A stretch of 64,000 nucleotides of DNA from NCBI GenBank assembly GCA_964016885.1, contig OZ024743.1, forward strand, positions 235,662,001 through 235,726,000, written 5' to 3'. The notes below the pieces were generated by a model. That model was not told where the DNA came from. It did no database searches and saw only the letters and a list, made by a program, of their open reading frames with translations. This DNA is from Eledone cirrhosa. Taxonomy: Eukaryota. Position numbers and translations under genes: made by a program. Below are positions 44,901 to 60,530 of this stretch, in pieces. Each line of letters opens with the position of its first letter. Within the stretch, counting starts at the first letter, position 1.

Positions 44901-47900
44901 CTGTTGTTCATGGCTAAATACCATTCCATACCTCAATATACTGTCAGTTGCCCCACTGTTGTTCATGGCTAAATACCATTCCATACCTCAATATAATGTC
45001 AGTTGCCCCACTGTTGTTCATGGCTAAATACCATTCCATACCTCAATATACTGTCAGTTGCCCCACTGTTGTTCATGGCTAAATACCATTCCATACCTCA
45101 ATATAATGTCAGTTGCCCCACTGTTGTTCATGGCTAAATACCATTCCATACCTCAATATAATGTCAGTTGCCTCACTGTTGTTCATGGCTAAATACCATT
45201 CCATACCTCAATATAATGTCAGTTGCCTCATTGTTGTTCATGGCTAAATACCATTCCATACCTCAATATAATGTCAGTTGCCTCACTGTTGTTCATGGCT
45301 AAATACCATTCCATACCCCAATGTCAGTTGCCTCACTGTTATTCATGGCTAAATACCATTCCATACCTCAATATACTGTCAGTTGCCCCACTGTTGTTCA
45401 TGGCTAAATACCATTCCATACCTCAATATAATGTCAGTTGCCTCACTGTTGTTCATGGCTAAATACCATTCCATACCTCAATATAATGTCAGTTGCCCCA
45501 CTGTTGTTCATGGCTAAATACCATTCCATACCTCAATATAATGTCAGTTGCCTCACTGTTGTTCATGGCTAAATACCATTCCATGCCTCAATATAATGTC
45601 AGTTGCCTCACTGTTGTTCATGGCTAAATACCATTCCATACCTCAATATAATGTCAGTTGCCTCACTGTTGTTCATGGCTAAATACAATTCCATACCTCA
45701 ATATAATGTCAGTTGCCTCACTGTTGTTCATGGCTAAATAGCATTCCATACCTCAATATAATGTCAGTTGCCTCACTGTTGTTCATGGCTAAATACCATT
45801 CCATACCTCAATGTCAGTTGCCTCACTGTTGTTCATGGCTAAATACCATTCCATACCTCAATATAATGTCAGTTGACTCACTGTTGTTCATGGCTAAATA
45901 CCATTCCATACCTCAATATAATGTCAGTTGCCTCACTGTTGTTCATGGCTAAATACCATTCCATACCTCAATATACTGTCAGTTGCCCCACTGTTGTTCA
46001 TGGCTAAATACCATTCCATACCTCAATATAATGTCAGTTGACTCACTGTTGTTCATGGCTAAATACCATTCCATACGCCAATATACTGTCAGTTGCCCCA
46101 CTGTTGTTCATGGCTAAATACCATTCCATACCTCAATATAATGTCAGTTGCCTCACTGTTGTTCATGGCTAAATACCATTCCGTACCTCAATATAATGTC
46201 AGTTGCCCCACTGTTGTTCATGGCTAAATACCATTCCATACCTCAATATAATGTCAGTTGCCCCACTGTTGTTCATGGCTAAATACCATTCCATACCTCA
46301 ATATAATGTCAGTTGCCTCACTGTTGTTCATGGCTAAATACCATTCCATACCTCAATATAATGTCAGTTGCCTCACTGTTGTTCATGGCTAAATACCATT
46401 CCATACCTCAATATACTGTCAGTTGCCTCACTGTTGTTCATGGCTAAATACCATTCCATACCTCCATATACTGTCAGTTACGTCACTGTTGTTCATGGCT
46501 AAATACCATTCCATACCTCAATATACTGTCAGTTGCCTCACTGTTGTTCATGGCTAAATACCATTCCATACCTCCATATACTGTCAGTTACGTCACTGTT
46601 GTTCATGGCTAAATACCATTCCATACCTCAATATAATGTCAGTTGCCTCACTGTTGTTCATGGCTAAATACCATTCCATACCTCAATATAATGTCAGTTG
46701 CCTCACTGTTGTTCATGGCTAAATACCATTCCATACCTCAATATAATGTCAGTTGCCCCACTGTTGTTCATGGCTAAATACCATTCCATACCTCAATATA
46801 CTGTCAGTTGCCCCACTGTTGTTCATGGCTAAATACCATTCCATACCTCAATATAATGTCAGTTGCCTCACTGTTGTTCATGGCTAAATACCATTCCATA
46901 CCTCAATATACTGTCAGTTGCCCCACTGTTGTTCATGGCTAAATACCATTCCATACCTCAATATAATGTCAGTTGCCTCACTGTTGTTCATGGCTAAATA
47001 CCATTCCATACCTCAATATAATGTCAGTTGCCCCACTGTTGTTCATGGCTAAATACCATTCCATATCTCAATATAATGTCAGTTGCCTCACTGTTGTTCA
47101 TGGCTAAATACCATTCCATACCTCAATATAATGTCAGTTGCCTCACTGTTGTTCATGGCTAAATACCATTCCATACCTCAATATAATGTCAGTTGCCCCA
47201 CTGTTGTTCATGGCTAAATACCATTCCATACCTCAATATAATGTCAGTTGCCTCACTGTTGTTCATGGCTAAATACCATTCCATACCTCAATATAATGTC
47301 AGTTGCCTCACTGTTGTTCATGGCTAAATACCATTCCATACCTCAATGTCAGTTGCCTCACTGTTGTTCATGGCTAAATACCATTCCATACCTCAATATA
47401 ATGTCAGTTGCCTCACTGTTGTTCATGGCTAAATACCATTCCATACCTCAATATACTGTCAGTTGCCCCACTGTTGTTCATGGCTAAATACCATTCCATA
47501 CCTCAATATAATGTCAGTTGACTCACTGTTGTTCATGGCTAAATACCATTCCATACCTCAATATACTGTCAGTTGCCCCACTGTTGTTCATGGCTAAATA
47601 CCATTCCATACCTCAATATACTGTCAGTTGCCCCACTGTTGTTCATGGCTAAATACCATTCCATACCTCAATATAATGTCAGTTGCCTCATTGTTGTTCA
47701 TGGCTAAATACCATTCCATACCTCAATATAATGTCAGTTGCCTCACTGTTGTTCATGGCTAAATACCATTCCATACCCCAATGTCAGTTGCCTCACTGTT
47801 ATTCATGGCTAAATACCATTCCATACCTCAATATACTGTCAGTTGCCCCACTGTTGTTCATGGCTAAATACCATTCCATACCTCAATATACTGTCAGTTG

Positions 47901-50900
47901 CCCCACTGTTGTTCATGGCTAAATACCATTCCATACCTCAATATAATGTCAGTTGCCTCACTGTTGTTCATGGCTAAATACCATTCCATACCCCAATGTC
48001 AGTTGCCTCACTGTTATTCATGGCTAAATACCATTCCATACCTCAATATAATGTCAGTTGCCCCACTGTTGTTCATGGCTAAATACCATTCCATACCTCA
48101 ATATACTGTCAGTTGCCCCACTGTTGTTCATGGCTAAATACCATTCCATACCTCAATATAATGTCAGTTGCCTCACTGTTGTTCATGGCTAAATACCATT
48201 CCATACCTCAATATAATGTCAGTTGCCTCACTGTTGTTCATGGCTAAATACCATTCCATGCCTCAATATAATGTCAGTTGCCTCACTGTTGTTCCTGGCT
48301 AAATACCATTCCATACCTCAATATAATGTCAGTTGCCTCACTGTTGTTCATGGCTAAATACAATTCCATACCTCAATATAATGTCAGTTGCCTCACTGTT
48401 GTTCATGGCTAAATACCATTCCATACCTCAATATAATGTCAGTTGCCCCACTGTTGTTCATGGCTAAATACCATTCCATACCTCAATATAATGTCAGTTG
48501 CCTCACTGTTGTTCATGGCTAAATACCATTCCAAACCTCAATATAATGTCAGTTGCCTCACTGTTGTTCATGGCTAAATAGCATTCCATACCTCAATATA
48601 ATGTCAGTTGCCTCACTGTTGTTCATGGCTAAATACCATTCCATACCTCAATGTCAGTTGCCTCACTGTTGTTCATGGCTAAATACCATTCCATACCTCA
48701 ATATAATGTCAGTTGCCTCACTGTTGTTCATGGCTAAATACCATTCCATACCTCAATATACTGTCAGTTGCCCCACTGTTGTTCATGGCTAAATACCATT
48801 CCATACCTCAATATAATGTCAGTTGACTCACTGTTGTTCATGGCTAAATACCATTCCATACCTCAATATACTGTCAGTTGCCCCACTGTTGTTCATGGCT
48901 AAATACCATTCCATACCTCAATATAATGTCAGTTGCCCCACTGTTGTTCATGGCTAAATACCATTCCATACCTCAATATAATGTCAGTTGCCTCACTGTT
49001 GTTCATGGCTAAATACCATTCCAAACCTCAATATAATGTCAGTTGCCTCACTGTTGTTCATGGCTAAATAGCATTCCATACCTCAATATAATGTCAGTTA
49101 CCTCACTGTTGTTCATGGCTAAATACCATTCCATACCTCAATATAATGTCAGTTGCCTCACTGTTGTTCATGGCTAAATACCATTCCAAACCTCAATATA
49201 ATGTCAGTTGCCTCACTGTTGTTCATGGCTAAATACCATTCCATACCTCAATATAATGTCAGTTGCCCCACTGTTGTTCATGGCTAAATACCATTCCATA
49301 CCTCAATATACTGTCAGTTGCCCCACTGTTGTTCATGGCTAAATACCATTCCATACCTCAATATACTGTCAGTTGCCCCACTGTTGTTCATGGCTAAATA
49401 CCATTCCATACCTCAATATAATGTCAGTTGACTCACTGTTGTTCATGGCTAAATACCATTCCATACCTCAATATACTGTCAGTTGCCCCACTGTTGTTCA
49501 TGGCTAAATACCATTCCATACCTCAATATACTGTCAGTTGCCCCACTGTTGTTCATGGCTAAATACCATTCCATACCTCAATATAATGTCAGTTGCCTCA
49601 CTGTTGTTCATGGCTAAATACCATTCCATACCTCAATATAATGTCAGTTGCCCCACTGTTGTTCATGGCTAAATACCATTCCATACCTCAATATAATGTC
49701 AGTTGCCTCACTGTTGTTCATGGCTAAATACCATTCCAAACCTCAATATAATGTCAGTTGCCTCACTGTTGTTCATGGCTAAATAGCATTCCATACCTCA
49801 ATATAATGTCAGTTGCCTCACTGTTGTTCATGGCTAAATACCATTCCATACCTCAATGTCAGTTGCCTCACTGTTGTTCATGGCTAAATACCATTCCATA
49901 CCTCAATATAATGTCAGTTGCCTCACTGTTGTTCATGGCTAAATACCATTCCATACCTCAATATACTGTCAATTGCCCCACTGTTGTTCATGGCTAAATA
50001 CCATTCCATACCTCAATATAATGTCAGTTGACTCACTGTTGTTCATGGCTAAATACCATTCCATACCTCAATATACTGTCAGTTGCCCCACTGTTGTTCA
50101 TGGCTAAATACCATTCCATACCTCAATATAATGTCAGTTGCCCCACTGTTGTTCATGGCTAAATACCATTCCATACCTCAATATAATGTCAGTTGCCTCA
50201 TTGTTGTTCATGGCTAAATAGCATTCCATACCTCAATATAATGTCAGTTGCCCCACTGTTGTTCATGGCTAAATACCATTCCATACCTCAATATAATGTC
50301 AGTTGCCCCACTGTTGTTCATGGCTAAATACCATTCCATACCTCAATATAATGTCAGTTGCCCCACTGTTGTTCATGGCTAAATACCATTCCATACCTCA
50401 ATATAATGTCAGTTGCCTCACTGTTGTTCATGGCTAAATACCATTCCAAACCTCAATATAATGTCAGTTGCCTCACTGTTGTTCATGGCTAAATACCATT
50501 CCATACCTCAATATAATGTCAGTTGCCCCACTGTTGTTCATGGCTAAATACCATTCCATACCTCAATATAATGTCAGTTGCCCCACTGTTGTTCATGGCT
50601 AAATACCATTCCATACCTCAATATAATGTCAGTTGCCCCACTGTTGTTCATGGCTAAATACCATTCCATACCTCAATATAATGTCAGTTGCCTCACTGTT
50701 GTTCATGGCTAAATACCATTCCAAACCTCAATATAATGTCAGTTGCCTCACTGTTGTTCATGGCTAAATAGCATTCCATACCTCAATATAATGTCAGTTA
50801 CCTCACTGTTGTTCATGGCTAAATACCATTCCATACCTCAATATAATGTCAGTTGCCTCACTGTTGTTCATGGCTAAATACCATTCCATACCTCAATATA

Positions 50901-53900
50901 CTGTCAGTTGCCCCACTGTTGTTCATGGCTAAATACCATTCCATACCTCAATATAATGTCAGTTGACTCACTGTTGTTCATGGCTAAATACCATTCCATA
51001 CCTCAATATACTGTCAGTTGCCCCACTGTTGTTCATGGCTAAATACCATTCCATACCTCAATATACTGTCAGTTGCCCCACTGTTGTTCATGGCTAAATA
51101 CCATTCCATACCTCAATATAATGTCAGTTGCCTCACTGTTGTTCATGGCTAAATACCATTCCATACCTCAATATAATGTCAGTTGCCCCACTGTTGTTCA
51201 TGGCTAAATACCATTCCATACCTCAATATAATGTCAGTTGCCTCACTGTTGTTCATGGCTAAATACCATTCCAAACCTCAATATAATGTCAGTTGCCTCA
51301 CTGTTGTTCATGGCTAAATAGCATTCCATACCTCAATATAATGTCAGTTGCCTCACTGTTGTTCATGGCTAAATACCATTCCATACCTCAATGTCAGTTG
51401 CCTCACTGTTGTTCATGGCTAAATACCATTCCATACCTCAATATAATGTCAGTTGCCTCACTGTTGTTCATGGCTAAATACCATTCCATACCTCAATATA
51501 CTGTCAGTTGCCCCACTGTTGTTCATGGCTAAATACCATTCCATACCTCAATATAATGTCAGTTGCCTCACTGTTGTTCATGGCTAAATACCATTCCATA
51601 CCTCAATATACTATCAGTTGCCCCACTGTTGTTCATGGCTAAATACCATTCCATACCTCAATATAATGTCAGTTGCCCCACTGTTGTTCATGGCTAAATA
51701 CCATTCCATACCTCAATATAATGTCAGTTGCCTCACTGTTGTTCATGGCTAAATACCATTCCAAACCTCAATATAATGTCAGTTGCCTCACTGTTATTCA
51801 TGGCTAAATACCATTCCATACCTCAATATACTGTCAGTTGCCCCACTGTTGTTCATGGCTAAATACCATTCCATACCTCAATATAATGTCAGTTGCCTCA
51901 CTGTTGTTCATGGCTAAATACCATTCCATACCTCAATATACTGTCAGTTGCCTCACTGTTGTTCATGGCTAAATACAATTCCATACCTCAATATAATGTC
52001 AGTTGCCTCACTGTTGTTCATGGCTAAATACAATTCCATACCTCAATATAATGTCAGTTGCCTCACTGTTGTTCATGGCTAAATACCATTCCATACCTCA
52101 ATATACTGTCAGTTGCCCCACTGTTGTTCATGGCTAAATACCATTCCATACCTCAATATAATGTCAGTTGCCTCACTGTTGTTCATGGCTAAATACCATT
52201 CCATACCTCAATATAATGTCAGTTGCCCCACTGTTGTTCATGGCTAAATACCATTCCATACCTCAATATAATGTCAGTTACCTCACTGTTGTTCATGGCT
52301 AAATACCATTCCATACCTCAATATAATGTCAGTTGCCTCACTGTTGTTCATGGCTAAATACCATTCCATACCTCAATATAATGTCAGTTGCCCCACTGTT
52401 GTTCATGGCTAAATACCATTCCATACCTCAATATACTGTCAGTTGCCCCACTGTTGTTCATGGCTAAATACCATTCCATACCTCAATATAATGTCAGTTG
52501 CCTCATTGTTGTTCATGGCTAAATACCATTCCATACCTCAATATAATGTGAGTTGCCTCACTGTTGTTCATGGCTAAATACCATTCCATACCCCAATGTC
52601 AGTTGCCTCACTGTTATTCATGGCTAAATACCATTCCATACCTCAATATACTGTCAGTTGCCCCACTGTTGTTCATGGCTAAATACCATTCCATACCTCA
52701 ATATAATGTCAGTTGCCTCACTGTTGTTCATGGCTAAATACAATTCCATACCTCAATATACTGTCAGTTGCCCCACTGTTGTTCATGGCCAAATACCATT
52801 CCATACCTCAATATAATGTCAGTTGCCTCACTGTTGTTCATGGCTAAATACCATTCCATACCTCAATATAATGTCAGTTGCCTCACTGTTGTTCATGGCT
52901 AAATACCATTCCATACCTCAATATAATATTAGTTGCCCCACTGTTGTTCATGGCTAAATACCATTCCATACCTCAATATACTGTCAGTTGACTCACTGTT
53001 GTTCATGGCTAAATACCATTCCATACCTCAATATAATGTCAGTTGCCCCACTGTTGTTCATGGCTAAATACCATTCCATACCTCAATATACTGTCAGTTG
53101 CCCCACTGTTGTTCATGGCTAAATACCATTCCATATCTCAATATAATGTCAGTTGCCCCACTGTTGTTCATGGCTAAATACCATTCCATACCTCAATATA
53201 ATGTCAGTTGCCCCACTGTTGTTCATGGCTAAATACCATTCCATACCTCAATATACTGTCAGTTGACTCACTGTTGTTCATGGCTAAATACCATTCCATA
53301 CCTCAATATAATGTCAGTTGCCCCACTGTTGTTCATGGCTAAATACCATTCCATACCTCAATATACTGTCAGTTGCCCCACTGTTGTTCATGGCTAAATA
53401 CCATTCCATATCTCAATATAATGTCAGTTGCCCCACTGTTGTTCATGGCTAAATACCATTCCATACCTCAATATAATGTCAGTTGCCCCACTGTTGTTCA
53501 TGGCTAAATACCATTCCATACCTCAATATAATGTCAGTTGCCTCACTGTTGTTCATGGCTAAATACCATTCCATACCTCAATATAATGTCAGTTGACTCA
53601 CTGTTGTTCATGGCTAAATACCATTCCATACCTCAATATACTGTCAGTTGACTCACTGTTGTTCATGGCTACATACCATTCCATACCTCAATATACTGTC
53701 AGTTGACTCACTGTTGTTCATGGCTAAATACCATTCCATACCTCAATATACTGTCAGTTGCCTCACTGTTGTTCATGGCTAAATACCATTCCATACCTCA
53801 ATATAATGTCAGTTGCCTCACTGTTGTTCATGGCTAAATACCATTCCATATCTCAATATAATGTCAGTTGCCTCACTGTTGTTCATGGCTAAATACCATT

Positions 53901-54428
53901 CCATACCTCAATATAATGTCAGTTGCCTCACTGTTGTTCATGGCTAAATACCATTCCATACCTCAATATAATGTCAGTTGCCTCACTGTTGTTCATGGCT
54001 AAATACCATTCCATACCTCAATATACTGTCAGTTGACTCACTGTTGTTCATGGCTAAATACCATTCCATACCTCAATATAATGTCAGTTGCCTCACTGTT
54101 GTTCATGGCTAAATACCATTCCATACCTCAATATAATGTCAGTTGCCTCACTGTTGTTCATGGCTAAATACCATTCCATACCTCAATATAATGTCAGTTG
54201 CCTCACTGTTGTTCATGGCTAAATACCATTCCATACCTCAATATACTGTCAGTTGACTCACTGTTGTTCATGGCTAAATACCATTCCATACCTCAATATA
54301 ATGTCAGTTGCCTCACTGTTGTTCATGGCTAAATACCATTCCATACCTCAATATAATGTCAGTTGCCTCACTGTTGTTCATGGCTAAATACCATTCCATA
54401 CCTCAATATACTGTCAGTTACGTCACTG
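41946..54428. repeat. ~12.5-kb satellite of 55-bp units (roughly 225-230 copies)
   Basis: ctgttgttcatggctaaataccattccatacctcaatata(a/c)tgtcagttgcc(t/c)ca, with occasional 50-bp units. Confidence 0.98.
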
Positions 54429-55148
54429 ACTTTAACATCAACAGGAGAAGAAAGTGTTTCTTCCTAATTGAAATCTTTCTCTAATCTATCTCAGTTAATA
54501 TTGCCAGAAACCACAATGCTAATGATTGCTATATATCTGTCATGTACACCAACTAAACATGACCTGAGGGGCTTACCTACCTTATTACAGTACATATACT
54601 GGTAGGGGTCTACCTTACTACAGTACATATGTTGGTAGGGGTCTACCTTACTACAGTACATATGTTGGTAGCGGTCTACCTTATTACAGTACATATATTG
54701 GTAAGGGTAGGATAAATGGAAGATATCAGTAATCAATTTCCAAATCTTCATAAATTCCTTATTTTGGAGCTCCTAAACCAGTTGATGTTATGGAAACACT
54801 GTTACAGGAAACATATTGAAGACTAACCGTTTTAATAACTGCCCAGCATAAGACGAGTTGGCAGAGTTGTTAGAATATCAGGTAGAATCCTTTGTGGTAT
54901 TAATTCTGGCCCTCAGCTCTCTCAGTTCAGACCCTACCGAGGTCAACTTAGTCTCTCATCCATTCCAGGTCGATAAAAAAGTACCAGTCTAGTACTGGGA
55001 TCGATTCTTCCTCTATATCTCTTTCTCACTTCCTCTCTCTATCCTTCTCTGGAATAAATCTGCTGTATTCAGATCTGAAGAGGAGAGGGCTCCACCTGGT
55101 TTTAAAATACCCTAGAAATGGTGTATGTCAATATGGTGTCCCTACAAC

Positions 55149-55305
55149 CCCAGTCCTATCATCTCATTTCTACAGCTGAGTAAACTGGAGCAACGTGAAA
55201 TAAAGTGTCTTGCTCAAGGAAACAACACATCACCTGGTCCGAGAATTGAACTCACAACCTTTTGATTGCAAGCCCAATGCTTTAACCACTAAGCCATGCA
55301 CCTTC
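55149..55305 (-). mobile_element. SINE family B head fragment
   Basis: Matches 28660-28818. Confidence 0.7.
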
Positions 55306-56992
55306 ACTGGTAGTTCCGATTAAGTACTGACAAGGTCTGTGACAACCTGTCTAGTCCTTGCTAGTAGGGACAATAGACATATGACAGCAACAAGGCTCAT
55401 GATGTGTGTATGAGAAAACCTGTCTCTCATGGTTATTATGAAAAGCACTAAGTACACACTATAAAGCAGTAGAGTTAATGTCATAATAAATTACACCCAG
55501 TACACTCTGTAAAGTGGTTGGCATGTAGAAAAATTATCCAGGCATAAAAATTATGCCAAAAATGGCATGTATGGATAGGGGGTGGTTCCCTGATCCATCT
55601 AGTCTCACACCGTGACCACCTGTCCAACCCATGCCAGCATAGAAGAGGCCCATAAAAAGGTTGATGATGATGATGATGATGAAAAACCTAAAAATGTGAT
55701 GTATAAAACTAAGGTTTCATCTTGTATATAATGGTAAGCTGGGAGATTTGAGATTGAGATGTTCTGATAAGGAACTGTAATGATTTTATTATATGATAAG
55801 AACTGATTATATATTCTGGGTGAATATATGGTTGGTGGGTGAGTAGAGAGTGGGGTGGGCAGTAGGGGTGCGGTGGGTGAGTAGGGGTGGGCAGTGTTGG
55901 ACTATAGACTGAGACAGACAGGTAGATAGTATGATAGATAGATAGAAAGACAGTCTGAGATAGGGAGAAGATTTGACATAGGTAACTGGATAATTATAGT
56001 ACTATATATGTTATTTTAACAATTGTGGCTTGATGGTGATGAGGATGATGGCAGTGCTGATGATGATGGAGATAGTGATGGTATGATGGTAGTGATGATG
56101 GTATTGATGGTGATGAAAGGCAAAGCTAACCAGTTAAATACTGAGAAAGCCAATAACTACTAAAAGCCCCAAAAGTCATATTCCAAATTATCTGATAGTC
56201 CTAGTGACTTTAGTGACTTCCATTAGAAATATTGTAAGAGATGGCTTAAATGAAATACAATGTATTTCATGTGAAATATGATAAGAAAAGAGTTCAGAAA
56301 AACAATATAATTTATAAAACAATGAAATAAGAGACAGAGGCAGTCTATCACGTCCTTTCTAACATTTCATAGTCAATCACTCAAAGTACAAGTATCACAG
56401 TTATTTCACTGGCAGTCTTCAATATCGACATAAAGTAGATTTATATAAAACATACACTCTCTCTCTCTCTCTCTCACTCACTCACTCTCTCCCTCTCTCT
56501 CTCTGCAGTGTTGATAGTGAATATTAACAATTATTATTGTTGTTGTTATTGATTGCTCCTCCCCATCCCACTACCCACCCCCAACCCTCACTAAGCTGGT
56601 GAGGGTTTCATATATACAGGAAATGGAATGTGATGATGGTGAAGCCATTTACAAGACAATAAATCAAGTAGAATTCTTCAACCAGGAATCGATAACAACT
56701 TGTAGGCTCAGCTTACCTCCTACACTATAGTGTTACTACAGATTTATAGAGCAGATATATAGCTTAGTGGTTAGGGTGTTTAGCTCACAATCACGAGGTC
56801 ACAAGTTCAATTCCCAGCATTACAGTGTCTCCTTGAGGAAGAAACTTTATTTCATGTTGTTCCAGTCCACTAACACTTTTAACCATTTAGTTACCAACCT
56901 GGCCGAAACCAGCTCTGGTTTAATGAAATAAAACCACCCATTTTAAAGGTTTCCATTTTAAATCAAAATCTTCCAACATAATTTTATATTAA

Positions 56993-57263
56993 CCCTTTAC
57001 CATTTACATTACTCTATATATATTTTCACAGTAAAGGCTTTACCTCACATAATATCTCACATAACATTTACATTACTCTATATATACTATTGTATTTTCA
57101 CAGTAAAGACTTTACCTCACATAATATCGAATCTACGAGATTTTGATGTCACTTATTTTGAGAACAATACCTTATTTTAGTTATGAGCATCCAATTATGA
57201 CTGGTTTGAACAGAAAGAGATGAGAGAATTCTGGCCGGATATGGCCGGTTTAAATGCTAAAGA
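56993..57263 (+). mobile_element. piggyBac-type MITE copy with a tandemly duplicated left end
   Basis: TTAA|ccctttaccatttacattactc... with two satellite-like units, then the normal MITE body ending taaatgctaaaga|TTAA. Confidence 0.85.
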
Positions 57264-59402
57264 TTAAGAAATTATTTACCTGGCTAAGGTATTTACCTGT
57301 TTCTAATCACAGAGAATCTATAATTATGGATTTACAATTTGTAACTAAGTCAAATTCTATATTCAATCTATTTTTTGATTTTATTTTCATTATTGAATAC
57401 AGTGGAAAAGTTACTTCAAATAAATACGGAGTTTGAAATTACATCAACACTTTAAAATCATTTCTACTTATCATAAGGGTCTCCATTAATAAAGGAATCC
57501 CAAAACTGTCAGTTCCACATGTTGGAATTTTCATTTTAACGTAAAATCTGTCATATGAATAATAAAAATGGCACATATATATATTCATTCATTTTATTAG
57601 ACAATTCCAGTGTAAACTATTTAGCCTTAATAAAATGAATATAAAAACTCTACTTCGTAATTGAGTACTCTTTTCAGTGAGCCATCAACCACATATGGAT
57701 ATATATATATATATTTGAACAAGATGTGCCTATCCAACCACATCGTCTTGTGTTGTGACAACCTACCCCACTAATGCCAGCATGGAAAACAGACAAAATA
57801 ATTATGATGATGATAAATACTTTAAAATTTGTATCATAGAACCAAGGACAGCTTTAGGCAGTTTGGTATCAAAAGGGTTTAAGAAGGTATTGGAACATAA
57901 ACATTCGTACATAAGATAATGGCAGAAGGTTTTTAGATAAATATAAACACTTTAAGACAAACAGGTGATTTCAGGCAGTTTGGTAACTAAAACAGTTAAG
58001 TAGAATAACTTTACTTTGACATTTCAAGCATGCTATATTGATATCCTTCATTACAAGGTTAACTTTATTCAAGTCAGTAAATATATTAGAAAGATATGTA
58101 ATTTTGTTTCATCTTTGGTTCAAAGTTCAAAAGGATGAGATGATAGAAATAACCTGTTTCATGTAATTTGTAAAACTGGCAACATTTCTACAGTTCTATT
58201 GTTCTACTGTTATACAGTTCAACTGTTCTACAGTTCAACAGTTCTACAGTTCAACAGTTCTACAGTTCAACTGTTCTAGAGTTCAACTGTTCTAGAGTTC
58301 AACTGTTCTACAGTTCAACTGTTCTACAGTTTATTGTGATTTATTGTGTCGAAATAGAAATTTATAAATTAGTATTCCTTGTTGAATTACCTACACACAT
58401 AAGGAAATAAAGAAGAGATGATACATAAAAAATCCAGTCACAACAGGGTTATGGGTACATGTAACTGTGGAAGGCTCAGAGACATGCATGTTAATTTTCT
58501 GAGCAAACTATTCTGTGATCAAAGTAGAACTGACCATGGGTCAAATCCAACATTTGTATTTAGTGATCTTCATTTAATAAAATTGGTCAGTTTAACAGCA
58601 TTATTTACAACATCAGACCATGTCTAATATAACCACTGTATGTTTCTGTTGATGAAGACAGCAAGTACATACTTTCAACAGATTTTTTTTCTCTTTTGTT
58701 CTTCCAATAGAACCAGAAATATTTCCTTATGATAGATGCAGCTTTATCAATGCAAAGACTTGAACAAAGTTTCTACAACATTTTTATTTATTTTTTCCTC
58801 TCCATTAAATGAATTAATTTAATTAAATATTGCTTCCCCCGCAGCCTATCTCAGCAAAAGCTGGTGGATTTCTAAGTCTTCTTCTTCTTCAATACTACCC
58901 TCAGAAATATGAAGTACAATCACAGGCAACATAGCACAACGAGGAATGTGAGTTGATGTATCTATTTGAAGAACAAATGTTGACCTGATTTTAACACATC
59001 TATTTAGCTTCATTTCACCAAACATTCACATCAAGAATACCACGACCCTTTTGATAAGAACCTGATTCAAACGTGACTGATTCAAACGTGACTGATTCTA
59101 TGGAACAAAACAACTAATTTTAAGGGGTTTAAGTTAAAATCTTACAAAATAATTTTTATAGAAAAACCATGTTAACTTACAATCTTGATAATGAAATAAT
59201 TTTATAATTTTAGTAAATCCCTTAAAATTTTTCATTAATTAAAAATAGAATGTATTTCATTAGAAATCTGGCCAGATTAGGGTAAAGAACTGTGCCATTA
59301 GAGACACATTAACAATATTTTGTTATAGTTCTTAAATATATTCCTTCATTGTAGAAACCTTTTCTACTGAGCTTTGTTAACCCTTTTATGACACCACATT
59401 TC

Positions 59403-59490
59403 AAGAAGAAGAAGAAAAAGAAGAAAAAGAAAAAGCAGAAGAAGCAGAAGAAGAAGAAGCAGAAGAAGAAGAAGCAGCAGAAGAAGAAGC
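59403..59490. repeat. (GAA)n/(GCA) microsatellite
   Basis: Direct reading. Confidence 0.9.
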
Positions 59491-60157
59491 TATTTAACAC
59501 CAATATTATGCAGTATTTTTACATCTAGTGCAGCCTCAGCTGAAAGTGATTGAAACATTTTATATTAACTTGAGTTGCCAAATATCACAAGTTCCACAGA
59601 ATATATCTAGAATTAATATCGTTATAAATGTGAAGTTGTGTAGTTTAGTAATTAGACCAGTGGTTCTAAAACTTTACTCATGGCAACATATAGAACAAGT
59701 AAAAATATTTTGGCACACTTTCTGCTCATGGGCCCAAAATAATAAGGGGTGGGGTGATAGGGTGGAAAATCGGTGAATTTTCTAGGTTGTCTCTGTTGAA
59801 TTTTTTTTAAAAACCAGAATTAGTTGTTTAGTTTACATATTGAGACCCCAATCCATCCTATTTATTTTATAATTTATAGGATTTCTAATAATGTACTTTT
59901 TTTGTCATGTACTAAAATTATCAATTATTTCATTACTAATATAAAATTGTTGGAAGTTTTCAATTCAAATTGGAAACTTTTAAAATGGGTGGTTTATTTC
60001 ATAGAACCAGAGCTGGTCTTGATCAGTTTCATAACTGAAGGGTTAAACTAACAAAGGCAGGTTTACACAGTTTGGTATGAAGAAGGTTTATCCCTTTAGC
60101 ATTCGCATTAATTTTCAAACGTCATGCTTATCTGTTCGCATTATTTTCAGTTAATCA

Positions 60158-60344
60158 GGGCGGTGGATTGGCAGTATCGGTAGAGGGTCGGACGTCATGC
60201 TTTGACGCATAGAGTTACGGCCCTTTCCATTCTGAGTTAAAATCCCGCCGAGGTCAACTTTGCCTTTCATCCTTACGGGGTCGATAAAATAAAGTACCAG
60301 TAATGTACTGGTTAATTGCTGGCCTTGTGCCAAAAGTAGAAACA
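60158..60344 (+). mobile_element. SINE family A with a perfect 18-bp TSD, nested in the piggyBac element
   Basis: attattttcagttaatca at 60140-60157 and 60345-60362. Confidence 0.9.
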
Positions 60345-60530
60345 ATTATTTTCAGTTAATCATACTCAAGAGGGTTATCAATTTTATTTTTTTGTAATTT
60401 TCTTAATTTTGTATGTGCAGGCTTGAAATTTTGTCAGTAGATGTTTAAATATCAATAATTTATAATTATATTATTTTACCTGATTTTTTTGGTCAAATTT
60501 GACTTTTATGGGCAGGTTAAATTAATTAAT

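Noticed and set aside
41946-54428. CRISPR array, or the repeated 79-aa ORFs as genes
   Set aside because: Pure head-to-tail units with no unique spacers and no cas genes. The ORFs arise wherever a 50-bp unit shifts the frame.
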